Shown here: one piece after another, positions 1 to 10,550 of the stretch | Position numbering within the stretch: the first letter of the stretch is position 1 | Layout of the letters: each line of letters starts with the position of its first letter | Assembly: GCA_963842085.1 (NCBI GenBank) | Contig: CAWJET010000001.1 | Coordinates: 256,001 to 320,000, forward strand | DNA: 64,000 nucleotides | Reading direction: 5' to 3' | From: an uncultured delta proteobacterium | GTDB taxonomy: Bacteria; Desulfobacterota; Binatia; Binatales; Binataceae | Program-made: the position numbers and the translations under genes | Notes under the pieces: model-generated | Databases searched by the model: none | The model's input: only the letters and a program-made list of their open reading frames with translations | What the model was told of the DNA's origin: nothing

Positions 1-405
1 CCGATTGCACACCTCGTGCAAGCGATCGGCCTCAGCGCGGTCCTGGCAATCGCGCTGGCAGTGCTGAATGCCGCGTCGATGACGGTGCGGGAGCGATCGC
101 GCGAGATCGCGGTGCTCAGGAGTCTCGGGTTCACCTCGGGCCAAATCCTCTGGGAAACGGCGGCCGAAAACGGGATCATGGCGCTGCTGGGAGGAACCCT
201 TGGCGTCGCGGTGGCGGCTACGATGCTCGATCGAGTTCGCGGATTTATCCCGAGCTTCGGTCCGCTGCTGTCATTTGGGCTGCCGGTGCCGGTGATGGCT
301 GCCGGGCTCGCCGTCGCGGTCGCAGTCGGACTTGCCGCGGGAATACTGCCTGCCATCCGCGCGACGCACTCGACCGTGCTGGACGGCCTGCGCCGCGTTG
401 CGTGA
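1..405 (+). CDS. ABC transporter permease, FtsX/MacB family (C-terminal part, truncated by the window edge)
   Basis: Motif 'MTVRERSREIAVLRSLGF' followed by hydrophobic helices and a terminal 'PAIRA...LR'. Confidence 0.85.
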   Translation, partial: PIAHLVQAIGLSAVLAIALAVLNAASMTVRERSREIAVLRSLGFTSGQILWETAAENGIMALLGGTLGVAVAATMLDRVRGFIPSFGPLLSFGLPVPVMAAGLAVAVAVGLAAGILPAIRATHSTVLDGLRRVA

Positions 406-447
406 GGTCTTCAGCGGCCGGCTGCTACGTTGAGCCGGCGGCGAAAC

Positions 448-1644
448 TCAGACCAGATTTGCGCGGCGATACATCGTGACGATCGCGGCTCCTCCAAGCC
501 CAAGATTGTGCTGGAGCGCGACCTTGGCGCCCGTCACCTGCCGCTTGTCCGCTTCGCCCCGCAATTGCCAGTTGAGTTCCGCGCACTGCGCCAGGCCGGT
601 TGCGCCCAGGGGATGGCCCTTCGAAATCAGGCCGCCCGATGGATTCACGACCACCTTGCCGCCGTAAGTGTTGGCGCCCGCGTCGACAAATTCACCGCCC
701 TTGCCCTCGGGGCATAGCCCCAGCGCCTCGTAAGTGATCAGTTCGTTGCACGAGAAGCAGTCGTGGAGTTCGACCACGTCGACGTTCTCGGGTCCCAGAC
801 CGCTTTGCTCATAGACCTTATGCGCGGCAGCCTTCGACAGATCAGCGCCGACCATCTTGATGCAGCTGCGCTCGGAAAACGTGCTGGCGAAGTCGGTCGC
901 CATCGCCATGCCGAGAATCTCTACGGCCTTGTTCTCGAGCCCATGCTTCTTGACGAAGTCGGCGCTGGCCAGAATTGCTGCGCCTGAGCCGTCGGAGGTC
1001 GGGCAGCACTGAAGCTTGGTGAGCGGCTCATACACCATCGGCGCGCCGAGGATTCCTTCGAGTGAATACTCATCCTGGAACTGCGAGTAAGGGTTGTTCA
1101 CCGAATGCTTGTGGTTCTTCCATCCGATTTTTGCGAACTGCAACGCGGTCGTGCCGTAGCGCTCCATGTGCTCGCGGCCGGCGTTGCCGAACATCTGCGC
1201 CGCCGGCGGCGCCGGCGCGAAGCCGCGCAAGTCGGCCATCAGCTGGACGTGCTTGTCCATCGGATTGATGCGGTCTGTGTACTTGGCACCGAGCGAGCCC
1301 TTCTCCATCTTCTCAAAGCCGAGTGCCATCACGCAGTCCGCGATGCCGCCCTCGATGAATTGCTTGGCCATGAACAGCGCGGTCGAGCCGGTTGAGCAGT
1401 TGTTGTTGACGTTGTAGATCGGAATGCCGGTCATGCCGAGTCCGTAGAGCGCCCGCTCGCCGCAAGTCGATTCTCCGTAGCAGTAACCGACCACCGCTTG
1501 CTCGACGTTTTCGTAGGCGATCCCGGCGTCCTGCAGGGCTTTGGTGCCGGACTCCTTCGCCATGTCGGGATAGTCCCAGGCCCGCGAACCGGGCTTCTCG
1601 AACTTGGTCATCCCGACGCCTACGACGTAAACCTTCCGTCCCAT
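448..1644 (-). CDS. SCP2/SCP-x type thiolase (lipid-transfer protein)
   Basis: Motifs [36 protein letters not shown] and QHNLGLGG; ATG at 1644 preceded by a GGAG SD. Confidence 0.93.
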   Translation of the reverse strand: MGRKVYVVGVGMTKFEKPGSRAWDYPDMAKESGTKALQDAGIAYENVEQAVVGYCYGESTCGERALYGLGMTGIPIYNVNNNCSTGSTALFMAKQFIEGGIADCVMALGFEKMEKGSLGAKYTDRINPMDKHVQLMADLRGFAPAPPAAQMFGNAGREHMERYGTTALQFAKIGWKNHKHSVNNPYSQFQDEYSLEGILGAPMVYEPLTKLQCCPTSDGSGAAILASADFVKKHGLENKAVEILGMAMATDFASTFSERSCIKMVGADLSKAAAHKVYEQSGLGPENVDVVELHDCFSCNELITYEALGLCPEGKGGEFVDAGANTYGGKVVVNPSGGLISKGHPLGATGLAQCAELNWQLRGEADKRQVTGAKVALQHNLGLGGAAIVTMYRRANLV

Positions 1645-1824
1645 GTTTGATCTCCCTTGAAGCCGCACTTTGCGCGGCGGCGCCATTTCTCAAAACCCTA
1701 TATTGCATCAAAGACAAAAGGAATCGAGCCGGCGGCTCGGATCGACGGCCGCACGCAAAAGGGCCGACCCACCTAGCGACTGTTAGGATAGAAACCCTGG
1801 TAGTTTCTGCTATTTTATTCGCGT

Positions 1825-1901
1825 CGGGGTGTGGCGCAGACTGGTAGCGCACTCGCTTGGGGTGCGAGTGGTCGCCGGTTCAAATCCGGCCACCCCGACC
1901 A
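1825..1901 (+). tRNA. tRNA-Pro (anticodon GGG)
   Basis: CGGGGTG acceptor stem pairs with CACCCCG, followed by ACCA; anticodon arm CTCGC-TTGGGGT-GCGAG; T-loop GGTTCAAATCC; CCA is encoded. Confidence 0.97.
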
Positions 1902-2085
1902 ACTCGAAATCGGCTTGCTGGGTGGAAAAAGCTCTCCACCGGTGCGCGCGTTTTCGCCAGATCGAAGCTGAGTGATCTGTCGAATCATCGCCCGCGGGCA
2001 TCTCTCCGCTCAAGCGCGGAGAATCGCGTTTGGACTTCGCCAATCAAGGGCTTATTGGTAGGTAAAAGAGCGAGGAGGCTCACTT

Positions 2086-2637
2086 ATGCCGTTGAACGAT
2101 CCATGGTTCTGGGCGTTCCTGGCGGCGCTCGGATGGGGTTCCGGATGCGGCGCCTTCTTCGGTATCCCGAGCCTCGGACGCAGGCTTGAATTCGGCATCC
2201 CCATGTTCATCCTGGCCGAAGTCCCGCGTGTTCTGCTTCCGCTGCATTTCGTGGTCCAGCCTCGAATCGTTCCGAACCCGTCCTGGGTTGTCTGGGTTGG
2301 AATTCTCATTTTCGCCGGGAGCCTGGTCTTCGGAACTCCGGTCTTTCGCATCATTCCGTTAAGAGCGCCGGATAGCCGCGAGCCGCTTAGAACCGATGGG
2401 CTCTATGCCGTAGTCCGCCACCCGCTGATGCTATGCGACATCCTATGGCCGCTTGGCTGGTCCTTGATATTTGGTTCTGTCATAGGTGTCGTGCTCACTC
2501 CGGTGTGGCTGCTCGTGATCTGGGGAGAAACATATCTTGAGGAGGAGTCGCTCGTCCGGGAATATGGAGACGCTTATCGCCAGTTTCAGTCACGCGTCCC
2601 ACGCCTCTTCCCCCGCCTTCCTGGCTTCGGGCGGTAA
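2086..2637 (+). CDS. Isoprenylcysteine carboxyl methyltransferase / PEMT-like membrane protein
   Basis: 'LRTDGLYAVVRHP' and 'EEESLVREYGDAYRQFQSRVPR' motifs; GAGGAGG SD. Confidence 0.85.
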   Translation: MPLNDPWFWAFLAALGWGSGCGAFFGIPSLGRRLEFGIPMFILAEVPRVLLPLHFVVQPRIVPNPSWVVWVGILIFAGSLVFGTPVFRIIPLRAPDSREPLRTDGLYAVVRHPLMLCDILWPLGWSLIFGSVIGVVLTPVWLLVIWGETYLEEESLVREYGDAYRQFQSRVPRLFPRLPGFGR

Positions 2638-2640
2638 CCA

Positions 2641-3306
2641 ATGTATCCGCCAGTTACCGGCGCGACGCTCGGAATATTCGGGCTCCTGCTCGTCGTGCTC
2701 TTTGCGTTTGTCGAGGTGGGAGTCATCCGTGTTACCTATCAGCGCCTTGGCATCTCGCCGCGGATCGTGACGCTCTTGCTGTTCGCGATGATACTTGGCA
2801 GCTACCTCAATCTGCCCATCGCGACGATTTCGGCGCCGAGGATTCTGGAGAACCGGATCGTCTATTTCTGGGGCATGCCGTACGTCGTCCCCGGGCTCGT
2901 CTACCCCGGCCGCACGCAGCTTGCGATCAACGTGGGCGGCGCGGTAATCCCGATCGGGGTATGCGTCTACCTGCTCGGCCGGTTCAAAGCCTATGCAACG
3001 TCAATGCTGGCGACTCTGATCGTGAGCATTGTCGTTTACTGGAACTCGAGAGTGGTGCCGGGCGTCGGCATCGCGGTGCCGACCATCATCCCCGGTATCC
3101 TCGCAGCAGCGACCGCCTACATTCTGGATTCGCGGCGTTCGCCGGCAGTGGCGTACGTAGCCGGAACGCTCGGATGCCTGTTGGGCGCGGACATCATGAA
3201 CCTGCCCCTGGTCGCCCAGATGCAGGCCCCGGTAGCATCGATCGGAGGGGCCGGCACATTTGACGGGGTATTCGTTTCCGGACTGATAGCGGCAATACTC
3301 GCTTGA
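2641..3306 (+). CDS. DUF1614 family membrane protein
   Basis: 'AINVGGAVIP', 'GTLGCLLGADIMNL' and 'SIGGAGTFDGVF' motifs. Confidence 0.85.
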   Translation: MYPPVTGATLGIFGLLLVVLFAFVEVGVIRVTYQRLGISPRIVTLLLFAMILGSYLNLPIATISAPRILENRIVYFWGMPYVVPGLVYPGRTQLAINVGGAVIPIGVCVYLLGRFKAYATSMLATLIVSIVVYWNSRVVPGVGIAVPTIIPGILAAATAYILDSRRSPAVAYVAGTLGCLLGADIMNLPLVAQMQAPVASIGGAGTFDGVFVSGLIAAILA

Positions 3307-3345
3307 GGAGCACGGCAGATCGTCTGGCGGTCCAGGCTCTGCGCA

Positions 3346-5376
3346 CTACTTCCGCGAATTCGCGGCGATCTCCAAGATCTCTTCCGATCCTGAGTCGAGG
3401 CGCGGACCAAGGATGCGACTCAGCTCGTCGGAACCAACGGTCTCCTCGCGCAGCAGCGCCTCTACAAGCCGATCCAAGCGCTCCCTTGAGCTTGTCAGGC
3501 AGCGGCGGACGCGATCATGGGTCTCCTCGAGCAAGCGCAGGACTTCCTGATCAATTCGCGCCGCCGTCGCTTCGCTGTAGTCGCGTCCCTGCGCGATCTC
3601 GTAGCCCAGGAAAGGTTGCTGCTCGTCCGTCTTGAAAGCCACGAGCCCGAGCTTGCTCATCCCCCACCGCGTCACCATCCGGCGCACCAGGCGCGTGGCC
3701 TCCACCAGGTCGTTCTCGGCGCCGGTGGTCACCTCGCCGAAGACGATCTCCTCGGCAGTGCGCCCGCCCAGCATCACGGCGATCCGCGCCTTTAGATAGG
3801 ACAGGCTCAGGTTGTGGCGTTCTTCTCCCGGAATCTGCTCCGTCATTCCAAGCGCCTGGCCGTGCGGCACTATCGTCACCTTGTGCACCGGATCTGCGGC
3901 CGGCGTCAGCCACGCCACTACTGCGTGTCCACACTCGTGATAGGCGACCACCCGCCGTTCGCCGGGATTAACAAGGTGCTGTTGGGCCGCACCCATCCGA
4001 ATCTTGTCCTCGCTCTCCTCGAAATCAGCCATCGTAACCGCCGGCCGATCATGTCTGGCTGCGGTAACCGCGGCCTCATTGCAAAGGTTCGCCAGGTCCG
4101 CTCCGCTCATTCCGATTGTGCTGCGCGCGAGAGCAGCCAGGTCCACATCGGTGGCAAGTCGCAGCTTGCGCGTGTGGATGCGCAGGATTCCCTCGCGCCC
4201 TTTCCGATCCGGAAGAGCAATCACGACCTGACGATCGAAGCGTCCCGGCCGCAGCAACGCCGGGTCGAGCACGTCCGGCCGATTAGTCGCCGCCAGAATG
4301 ATCACCTCGAAGCGCTCGTCAAAGCCGTCGAGTTCGCCCAACAGCTGATTCAGCGTCTGCTCGCGCTCGTCGTTCATCGCGCCCAGGCCCGCGCCCCGTC
4401 GCCGGCCAACCGCGTCAAGCTCGTCGATGAACACGATGGCCGGCGCCGCCTCCTTGGCTTGCCGGAAGAGATCTCGCACGCGGCTTGCTCCTACTCCGAC
4501 GAACATCTCGACGAACTCGGACGCATTGAGGCTGAAGAACGGGACCCCGGCCTCGCCGGCTACGGCTCGCGCCATAAGAGTCTTGCCGGTTCCCGGCGCT
4601 CCGACCAGCAGCACGCCTTTGGGAATCCGTGCGCCCAGGTCGTGGTACTTTTGCGGGTGCCTGAGGAAATCGACTTCTTCCTGAAGCTCGGCCTTGGCCT
4701 CGTCCGCTCCTGCCACGTCGTTGAAAGTGATCTTTGGCTGCTCGCTGCTGTAGCGCTTGGCCTTCATCCGCCCAAACCCGAACATACCCGACTGACCGCG
4801 CACGGCACGGTTGCTCAACCACCAGAAGAATCCGAACAGAAGTACCAGCGGTCCCCACTCGAGCAGCATCTCGACGAACCAGGGCATCGAGGACGAGGAC
4901 ACCTCGACGACGACATGGTGCTCAATCAGCAGCGCCATCAATCCAGGGTCACCGACCGCCGCGGGAAAGGTCGTGGCGAATTCGCGGTACTCTACCGGAG
5001 GAGGCGCTGCGGGCTTCTTGGAGGCACTCTGTGGAGCGGCGGAAGTTGGCGGCGGTTTTGATGACGCCGCAGAAGGTGGCGGGGTTTTCGACGAGGACTC
5101 GGCAGTCTCCGTAGCCGGCGGCCAGAGGAGAGGCTTCGCAAAGGCGCCGTCGATCGAATCTCCGGCAATGTGAACCGAGGGGACATTGCCCTCGCGTACC
5201 TGCGCGAGAAAGACGGAATAGGGAATCGGAGCCTTGGGCTGCGAGGGCGGCCACGATCCGGTCACGTACCAGAGCAGCACGGCCAGCGACATCAACCACC
5301 AGAACAGAACACTTCGAGGGACCTGCGGGCCCTTCTCCGGCATCCTCTTTTCCGGTCGCGCTTCCTGTTGAGGCAT
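3346..5376 (-). CDS. ftsH: ATP-dependent zinc metalloprotease FtsH (probably an additional paralogue)
   Basis: Two TM helices, Walker A GAPGTGKT, Walker [32 protein letters not shown], zinc motif HECGH. Confidence 0.96.
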   Translation of the reverse strand: MPQQEARPEKRMPEKGPQVPRSVLFWWLMSLAVLLWYVTGSWPPSQPKAPIPYSVFLAQVREGNVPSVHIAGDSIDGAFAKPLLWPPATETAESSSKTPPPSAASSKPPPTSAAPQSASKKPAAPPPVEYREFATTFPAAVGDPGLMALLIEHHVVVEVSSSSMPWFVEMLLEWGPLVLLFGFFWWLSNRAVRGQSGMFGFGRMKAKRYSSEQPKITFNDVAGADEAKAELQEEVDFLRHPQKYHDLGARIPKGVLLVGAPGTGKTLMARAVAGEAGVPFFSLNASEFVEMFVGVGASRVRDLFRQAKEAAPAIVFIDELDAVGRRRGAGLGAMNDEREQTLNQLLGELDGFDERFEVIILAATNRPDVLDPALLRPGRFDRQVVIALPDRKGREGILRIHTRKLRLATDVDLAALARSTIGMSGADLANLCNEAAVTAARHDRPAVTMADFEESEDKIRMGAAQQHLVNPGERRVVAYHECGHAVVAWLTPAADPVHKVTIVPHGQALGMTEQIPGEERHNLSLSYLKARIAVMLGGRTAEEIVFGEVTTGAENDLVEATRLVRRMVTRWGMSKLGLVAFKTDEQQPFLGYEIAQGRDYSEATAARIDQEVLRLLEETHDRVRRCLTSSRERLDRLVEALLREETVGSDELSRILGPRLDSGSEEILEIAANSRK

Positions 5377-5491
5377 CTATCGTTCTCTACCGTTTACTAT
5401 GCTCCCTCTGGGATGGCGGGCAAGCCCGCGCAGCTGAACAAACGTTCGCAGGGTTATTAAATCAGAACTGGGTCCAGGCGCGTAAAAATGT

Positions 5492-5559
5492 CGTGCGGGC
5501 GGTCCCACCGGTTCCCGTAAAACCTTTGGTGGTGAGGCCGGCCCGCACGGCGGAGGCAC
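5492..5559. terminator. GC-rich stem-loop directly downstream of the APC permease stop codon
   Basis: CGTGCGGGC...GCCCGCACG inverted repeat with inner CCACC/GGTGG pairing; no clear U tract. Confidence 0.4.
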
Positions 5560-5566
5560 AGATTGA

Positions 5567-7228
5567 TCAGGCAGGTTTAACTTTGGCCGAGAGCGTATCC
5601 CTTCCGAGCTTCTTGGAATTGCGCGAGAAATAATAAGCCCCGTAGATTCCCCAAACGACCGACAGCACCACCGCGATGATCGGTTCCTTCCAACTGCCGA
5701 GCCCTTCTAGCGGCCCGATGACGTAAAAAGCCATGCAGGCGAAATTCGCGAGCGCTCCGAACACCGGCACCACCATATGCTTGAAGCCGCTGAATTCGTG
5801 ATGCTCGCGGAAGGCCACGATGCAGATGACGTTAGTCAGACCGTACAGTCCGAACGTTCCAAAGTTGGAAATCAGCGTCACCAGAGAAAGCCCGTTCGGC
5901 AGCGCCGACAAGGTCGCGTTCGATCCTATCCCCAGCGCGTACCAGACTGTGTGCGGCAGCGTCGCGATCGTCTTGTCGTCCGGCGCGGCCGATCCGCAGA
6001 AGAAGAACAGCGCCGCGAATGCGCCCAGCACCGCCGAGATTGTCGCCAGCGTCCAGATCGCGCGATGCGGCGTCAGGTTTTCGCCATGCAGCATGCCGAA
6101 GTGCTCCGGCACCTCCTCGTCGCGGCCCATCGCATACGTCACACGCGCGCCGGTGTTGATGCAGGCCAGCGTCGTTCCGATCAGAGCGAGGAACACAGTC
6201 ACCGCTTCGAGTAGCATGAACGCCTGGCCATGGCCGCTGAGCAAGGCGTTTCCGATGATGACCATCATGTCGCCGATTGGCGCGGCCGAGCCTTTTGCGT
6301 CGGAGAGGCTGTAGGCGCTGTTCATGAAGTAGTTCGCGGCGAAGTATTCGATCATGTACATGAACAAGCACTGGATCGTAATCGATAGCAGCACGCCACG
6401 CGGAATGTCCTTGGTGGGGTTCTTGGCTTCCTCGCCCAGAGAGGTAATCGATTCGAAGCCGACCAGCAGCAGGATTGCAATCGTCGCCTGCAGCATCATC
6501 CAGTTGAAGTTGTGCGGCAGCACCACTGAGAGCGCACTTGTATGTGCTGGCGCATCGCCGCTGAACGCGTAGTGCAATACCTTGCTGGTGCCATCGAGAG
6601 CCATACCCGTGGATCCGTCGGGATGTCCAAGCCGGTAGGATATCGCAAGCGCGGTGAAAAATAGCAGCGCGACCCACTGGATTATGTTGATCACAAGATT
6701 GACCATCGTGGAGCCGACCACGCCCTTGTATGCGATCCAGGAGATTGCGTAGGCGAAGATAACCGCGATCACGGCCATGAAAACAGGTCCCGGAATTCCA
6801 GCGTTCATATAGTTGGGAGCTATGCTGCCGACGATGTAGCCGATCATGATACCGATCGTCGCCACCATCACGCCGGGGTAAACCCAATAGTACAGGTGCG
6901 ACGCCCAGCCGGTGACGAACTTCGCGATTCGGGCGAACTTGAAGGCGTGCGTGGTATTGAGAAACGCCTTCTCCGCGAAGAGATACGAGCTACCTGCCCC
7001 AGGATAGAGCTTCGCGAGCTCCGAGTACGAGACGGCGGTCGCGTAGGCAAGTACGACGGCGAAAAAGATTCCTGCCCACATCCCCATGCCGGACGGGTAC
7101 GCGTAGCCGGCTTGGACTACAAACGTGATCCATAGGAATGCTCCCGGTGCGATCAGCGCCATCGCGTTGACCGTGACACCGGTTAATCCCAGGGTCGGTT
7201 TCATTTTGGGTTCTGTTGCTTCGGCCAT
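5567..7228 (-). CDS. APC-superfamily amino acid/amine permease
   Basis: About 12 hydrophobic segments; 'YSELAKLYPGAGSSY' and 'GFESITSLGEEAKNP' motifs. Confidence 0.92.
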   Translation of the reverse strand: MAEATEPKMKPTLGLTGVTVNAMALIAPGAFLWITFVVQAGYAYPSGMGMWAGIFFAVVLAYATAVSYSELAKLYPGAGSSYLFAEKAFLNTTHAFKFARIAKFVTGWASHLYYWVYPGVMVATIGIMIGYIVGSIAPNYMNAGIPGPVFMAVIAVIFAYAISWIAYKGVVGSTMVNLVINIIQWVALLFFTALAISYRLGHPDGSTGMALDGTSKVLHYAFSGDAPAHTSALSVVLPHNFNWMMLQATIAILLLVGFESITSLGEEAKNPTKDIPRGVLLSITIQCLFMYMIEYFAANYFMNSAYSLSDAKGSAAPIGDMMVIIGNALLSGHGQAFMLLEAVTVFLALIGTTLACINTGARVTYAMGRDEEVPEHFGMLHGENLTPHRAIWTLATISAVLGAFAALFFFCGSAAPDDKTIATLPHTVWYALGIGSNATLSALPNGLSLVTLISNFGTFGLYGLTNVICIVAFREHHEFSGFKHMVVPVFGALANFACMAFYVIGPLEGLGSWKEPIIAVVLSVVWGIYGAYYFSRNSKKLGRDTLSAKVKPA

Positions 7229-7322
7229 CCTTTACACCTTTTGCGTTGGGCGCAGCTTTGCGCGTTGCACTCAAGTCCCCCGATAGTTGGATATCGTCGC
7301 CAATTGCCTACGCGCGGACGGC

Positions 7323-7338
7323 AGCAGGAAGCATGCCA
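7323..7338 (-). promoter_or_regulatory. Putative sigma54 (-24/-12) promoter of the APC permease
   Basis: Minus strand reads TGGCATGCTTCCTGCT, with GG-N10-GC spacing, about 95 nt upstream of the start codon. Confidence 0.65.
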
Positions 7339-7568
7339 CTAGTGGCTCAATCGAGAAGCAAAGTGAGTAAGGAATGGCGGGCCAACACCTGAAACGATAG
7401 GAGCTTTACAAAATGAAATGCTCGCCAGCCTATCTGAACTTTGATCGGCCCAGCGAAAATGAATCACAGCAGATGAAGGATTTCATTTTGCAATGTGGTC
7501 CAAATGACTCCAAGCTTTACGAATCGTTCTCAGACTGTTGACCAATGCCGACTCGCAGTCATGCTTGC

Positions 7569-7603
7569 TGCAAATTTTTTGTGCAGTGCCGAATCAATGG
7601 GCG
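7569..7603. promoter_or_regulatory. Tandem NtrC-like enhancer sites
   Basis: TGCAAATTTTTTGTGCA (7569-7585; TGCA-N9-TGCA) and TGCCGAATCAATGGGCG (7587-7603), about 230 bp upstream of the sigma54 motif. Confidence 0.5.
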
Positions 7604-7638
7604 CTATGTTGCGATGCGGGTTCCCGTATGATCGCTTC

Positions 7639-8394
7639 CTACCGGGGCGCAGCGCCGAAGAATTCAAGCACGACCTCTTTGAATCGTGGATCTGCGGGCG
7701 CCGTCATATGGTCGCGGCCTGCGAGCATCACCAGCCGCGCTCCCGGGATCATCTTCGCCAGCGGCTCGGGATCTCCGATCGCGTCGTCGTTGGTTCCGAC
7801 GACGATCAGCACCGGGATCGGCACGGCCGCGAGCCTGGCGGGATCGAACGGCGCCCGCTCCGCGTCGATCAACGCGGCGAGCGCCTTCGAATCGTTGGGC
7901 ATCGACTCGGCGAATCGCCGGTACGCCTTTGCCACCGGACTCTTTATCGTCGCCGGATCGTCAGCGCGGTAGGCCGCAGAGATCGCATCGCGATCCGCCT
8001 TGTCTTCCAGACCGTCGTCGTAGGCGATTCCGCCCAGAACGATCGCGCGAAAGCGCTCCGGATGCGACAGCATCAGCTCCATCGCGATGCTCGCGCCCAT
8101 CGAGTAACCCATCAGAAGCGCCCGCTCGAGTCCGAGATGGTCCATCAGGCGCGTCACGTCGGCGCCTATGCTCGCGTAGCCGTACGCCTCGCGCGCTTGC
8201 GGCTTGTCGCTGAGTCCGTGCCCGCGCACGTCGGGCGCAATCACCCGGTATCTCGGCGACAGCGCCGCGATCCATCCGGTGCCACCCCAGTTGTGCTCCG
8301 CCGTGGACGCAAACCCGTGCACCAGGACGATAGGCCCGCCGGCGCCGACATCCTGGTAATGAATCCTGACGCCCGCTGAGTCGAAAAACGGCAT
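7639..8394 (-). CDS. Alpha/beta-fold hydrolase
   Basis: LVHGF, DVRGHGLS, nucleophile elbow GYSMG, and C-terminal Asp and His residues. Confidence 0.9.
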   Translation of the reverse strand: MPFFDSAGVRIHYQDVGAGGPIVLVHGFASTAEHNWGGTGWIAALSPRYRVIAPDVRGHGLSDKPQAREAYGYASIGADVTRLMDHLGLERALLMGYSMGASIAMELMLSHPERFRAIVLGGIAYDDGLEDKADRDAISAAYRADDPATIKSPVAKAYRRFAESMPNDSKALAALIDAERAPFDPARLAAVPIPVLIVVGTNDDAIGDPEPLAKMIPGARLVMLAGRDHMTAPADPRFKEVVLEFFGAAPR

Positions 8395-8496
8395 GTGTGG
8401 ACCTCCACGCTCCGACGATGGCGGAACTCTCCCCCCTTGCTGCCTGCCCGGGATACCTTAATCGTTGGCCGGCGTATCTGTATAATGGCGCTGGCG

Positions 8497-9144
8497 ATGG
8501 CGATTGACCTGGAAGACGCGCGCGAGCGGATGGTGCTCGAGCAGCTCGAACGCCGCGGGATTAAAGACCCGCGCGTGCTCGCCGCGATGCGCACGGTCGC
8601 CCGCCATCGCTTCCTGCCCGCGGAACTTCGCGAGCACGCCTACGACGACGGTCCCCTGCCGATCGGCGACTCGCAGACAATTTCGCAACCGTACATGGTC
8701 GCCCTGATGAGCGAGGTCGCCGGACTCACGGGCACGGAGAAAGTTCTCGAAATCGGCACCGGCTCAGGCTATCAGACCGCGGTGCTCGCGCGTCTGGCGC
8801 GGGCGGTCTATTCGGTCGAACTCAACGCGAATCTTCACGATCGCGCCCGGGCAATTCTTAGTTCGATGGGTTTCAGCAACGTCAACCTTCGATGCGGCGA
8901 CGGTTCGTTTGGATGGCCCGAGGAGGCGCCCTTCGACGTCGTGATGGTGACGGCGGCGATGCCGGGGATTGCGCTTCCGCTGCTCAATCAATTGACGCCG
9001 CAAGGACGGTTGGTTGCGCCGATTGGCGAAGACGAACTCCAGACCCTGGTGCGCATCAGCCGCAAGACCGGTCATTGGAGCGAGGAATATTTCGGCGAGT
9101 GCCGATTCGTAAAGATGACGGGCAAGCACGGCTTCCAGGATTAG
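8497..9144 (+). CDS. pcm: Protein-L-isoaspartate O-methyltransferase
   Basis: 'QTISQPYMVA' and 'VLEIGTGSGYQTA' motifs; start at ATG 8485 or 8497 (a TATAAT at 8481 favours 8497). Confidence 0.93.
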   Translation: MAIDLEDARERMVLEQLERRGIKDPRVLAAMRTVARHRFLPAELREHAYDDGPLPIGDSQTISQPYMVALMSEVAGLTGTEKVLEIGTGSGYQTAVLARLARAVYSVELNANLHDRARAILSSMGFSNVNLRCGDGSFGWPEEAPFDVVMVTAAMPGIALPLLNQLTPQGRLVAPIGEDELQTLVRISRKTGHWSEEYFGECRFVKMTGKHGFQD

Positions 9145-9220
9145 CGCGCCGAAATTTTGCGGCTCGCAGCATGTGGCACGGTTGCGGTGATTAACGGCGG
9201 ATGATGCGATCGAGGAGTGG

Positions 9221-9970
9221 ATGACAGGGATGCGGTGGATTTCGCGCGCGAGCGTCGTAATCGCGCTCGCATCCTCGCTCGCGCTGGCAGGATGCGGTAG
9301 CGGCGCGCCGTCCTCTTATGTTGCCGCCGGCTCGGGGCGCCCCGTCACGCACGTCGTCGCGCCTGGCGACACCCTTTACCATATCGCGAGCGAGTACGGC
9401 GTCAGCGTCGGACGCCTGATGGCGGCCAACGGACTCAGCGACCCGCGCGAGCTGCGCGTCGGCGAAGAGCTGACGATCCCGGGCGGTTACCGGGCCGCGT
9501 CGATCGGGACGGCGTCGAGCGGTATGCGTCCGTATACCGGCGAGCGGGCGTCGCGCCAATTTCAGTGGCCGGTGGCGCAAGGAGTGGTGTCGTCGGGATT
9601 CGGAATGCGCAACGGCGCGATGCACGACGGCGTTGACATCGCGGCTCCGGCCGGCACTCCGGTTTATGCCGCCGATAGCGGCGTCGTGATCTTCTCGGGC
9701 ACGCTTCACGGCTACGGCAACACCGTGATCATTCGCCACGACGACAATTACGCGACGGTTTACGGCCACAACGAGCGCAACCTGGTCAGCGAGGGCGCTC
9801 GCGTCGCGCGCGGACAGGAAATCGGCGAGATCGGACGCAGCGGGCGCACCACCGGCGCCAATCTCCATTTCGAGGTGCGCCGCTCCAACGTCGCGCAGAA
9901 CCCGCTCGCCTATCTGCCCGAGCCCACATCGTCGGACGGGATCAGCTTTGCCGCGGCCGGCGGCAGCTAG
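9221..9970 (+). CDS. nlpD: LysM + M23 peptidase lipoprotein (NlpD-like)
   Basis: Lipobox LAGC, LysM 'HVVAPGDTLYHIA', M23 motifs HDGVD and HFE; follows pcm. Confidence 0.85.
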   Translation: MTGMRWISRASVVIALASSLALAGCGSGAPSSYVAAGSGRPVTHVVAPGDTLYHIASEYGVSVGRLMAANGLSDPRELRVGEELTIPGGYRAASIGTASSGMRPYTGERASRQFQWPVAQGVVSSGFGMRNGAMHDGVDIAAPAGTPVYAADSGVVIFSGTLHGYGNTVIIRHDDNYATVYGHNERNLVSEGARVARGQEIGEIGRSGRTTGANLHFEVRRSNVAQNPLAYLPEPTSSDGISFAAAGGS

Positions 9971-10025
9971 TATCGTTGACCACCGCACGCCAGCTCGCCC
10001 AACAACCGTGCGATGGAATCAACGC

Positions 10026-10547
10026 ATGACCGCAGAAGAAATCAAAAAGCTGATTCGCAACGTCCCCGACTTTCCCAACCCCGGAATAATGTTCAGGGAC
10101 TTTACCCCGCTAATCGCCGACGCTCGCGGTTTCGCCGCAGTGGTCGATCAGTTGGCGGAGCCTTACCTCGGTAAAGTCGACCTCGTGCTCGGAATCGAGT
10201 CGCGCGGCTTCATCGTCGGCGCGCCCGTGGCGTATCGATTGGGCGTGGGCCTGGCGATCGCGCGCAAGCCCGGCAAGCTCCCGTTCCATACCTTCGATCA
10301 GGCGTACGATCTCGAGTACGGCAGCGCGTCGTTGGAGATGCATCAGGACGCGCTGGCGGGCAAGGGTCGCGTGCTGCTGGTTGACGACCTGCTGGCCACC
10401 GGCGGCACCGCTGCCGCGGCGCTGCAATTGGTCAAAAGGATCGGCGGCAACGTGATCGGATGCGCGTTCGTGGTCGAGCTCGACGCGCTCAAGGGACGCG
10501 AGCGCCTGGCGCCGGTCAACTGTTTCTCGCTGATCCACTATGATTAA
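10026..10547 (+). CDS. apt: Adenine phosphoribosyltransferase
   Basis: 'PDFPNPGIMFRD', 'GIESRGF', 'RKPGKLP' and PRPP motif 'VDDLLATGGT'. Confidence 0.96.
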   Translation: MTAEEIKKLIRNVPDFPNPGIMFRDFTPLIADARGFAAVVDQLAEPYLGKVDLVLGIESRGFIVGAPVAYRLGVGLAIARKPGKLPFHTFDQAYDLEYGSASLEMHQDALAGKGRVLLVDDLLATGGTAAAALQLVKRIGGNVIGCAFVVELDALKGRERLAPVNCFSLIHYD

Positions 10548-10550
10548 GCG

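Noticed and set aside
1825-5500. Prophage or integrative element at tRNA-Pro
   Set aside because: No integrase, and I found no duplicated tRNA 3' end in the window.
9173-9190. TGGCAC motif upstream of nlpD as a sigma54 promoter
   Set aside because: The GG-to-GC spacing is not 10 nt.
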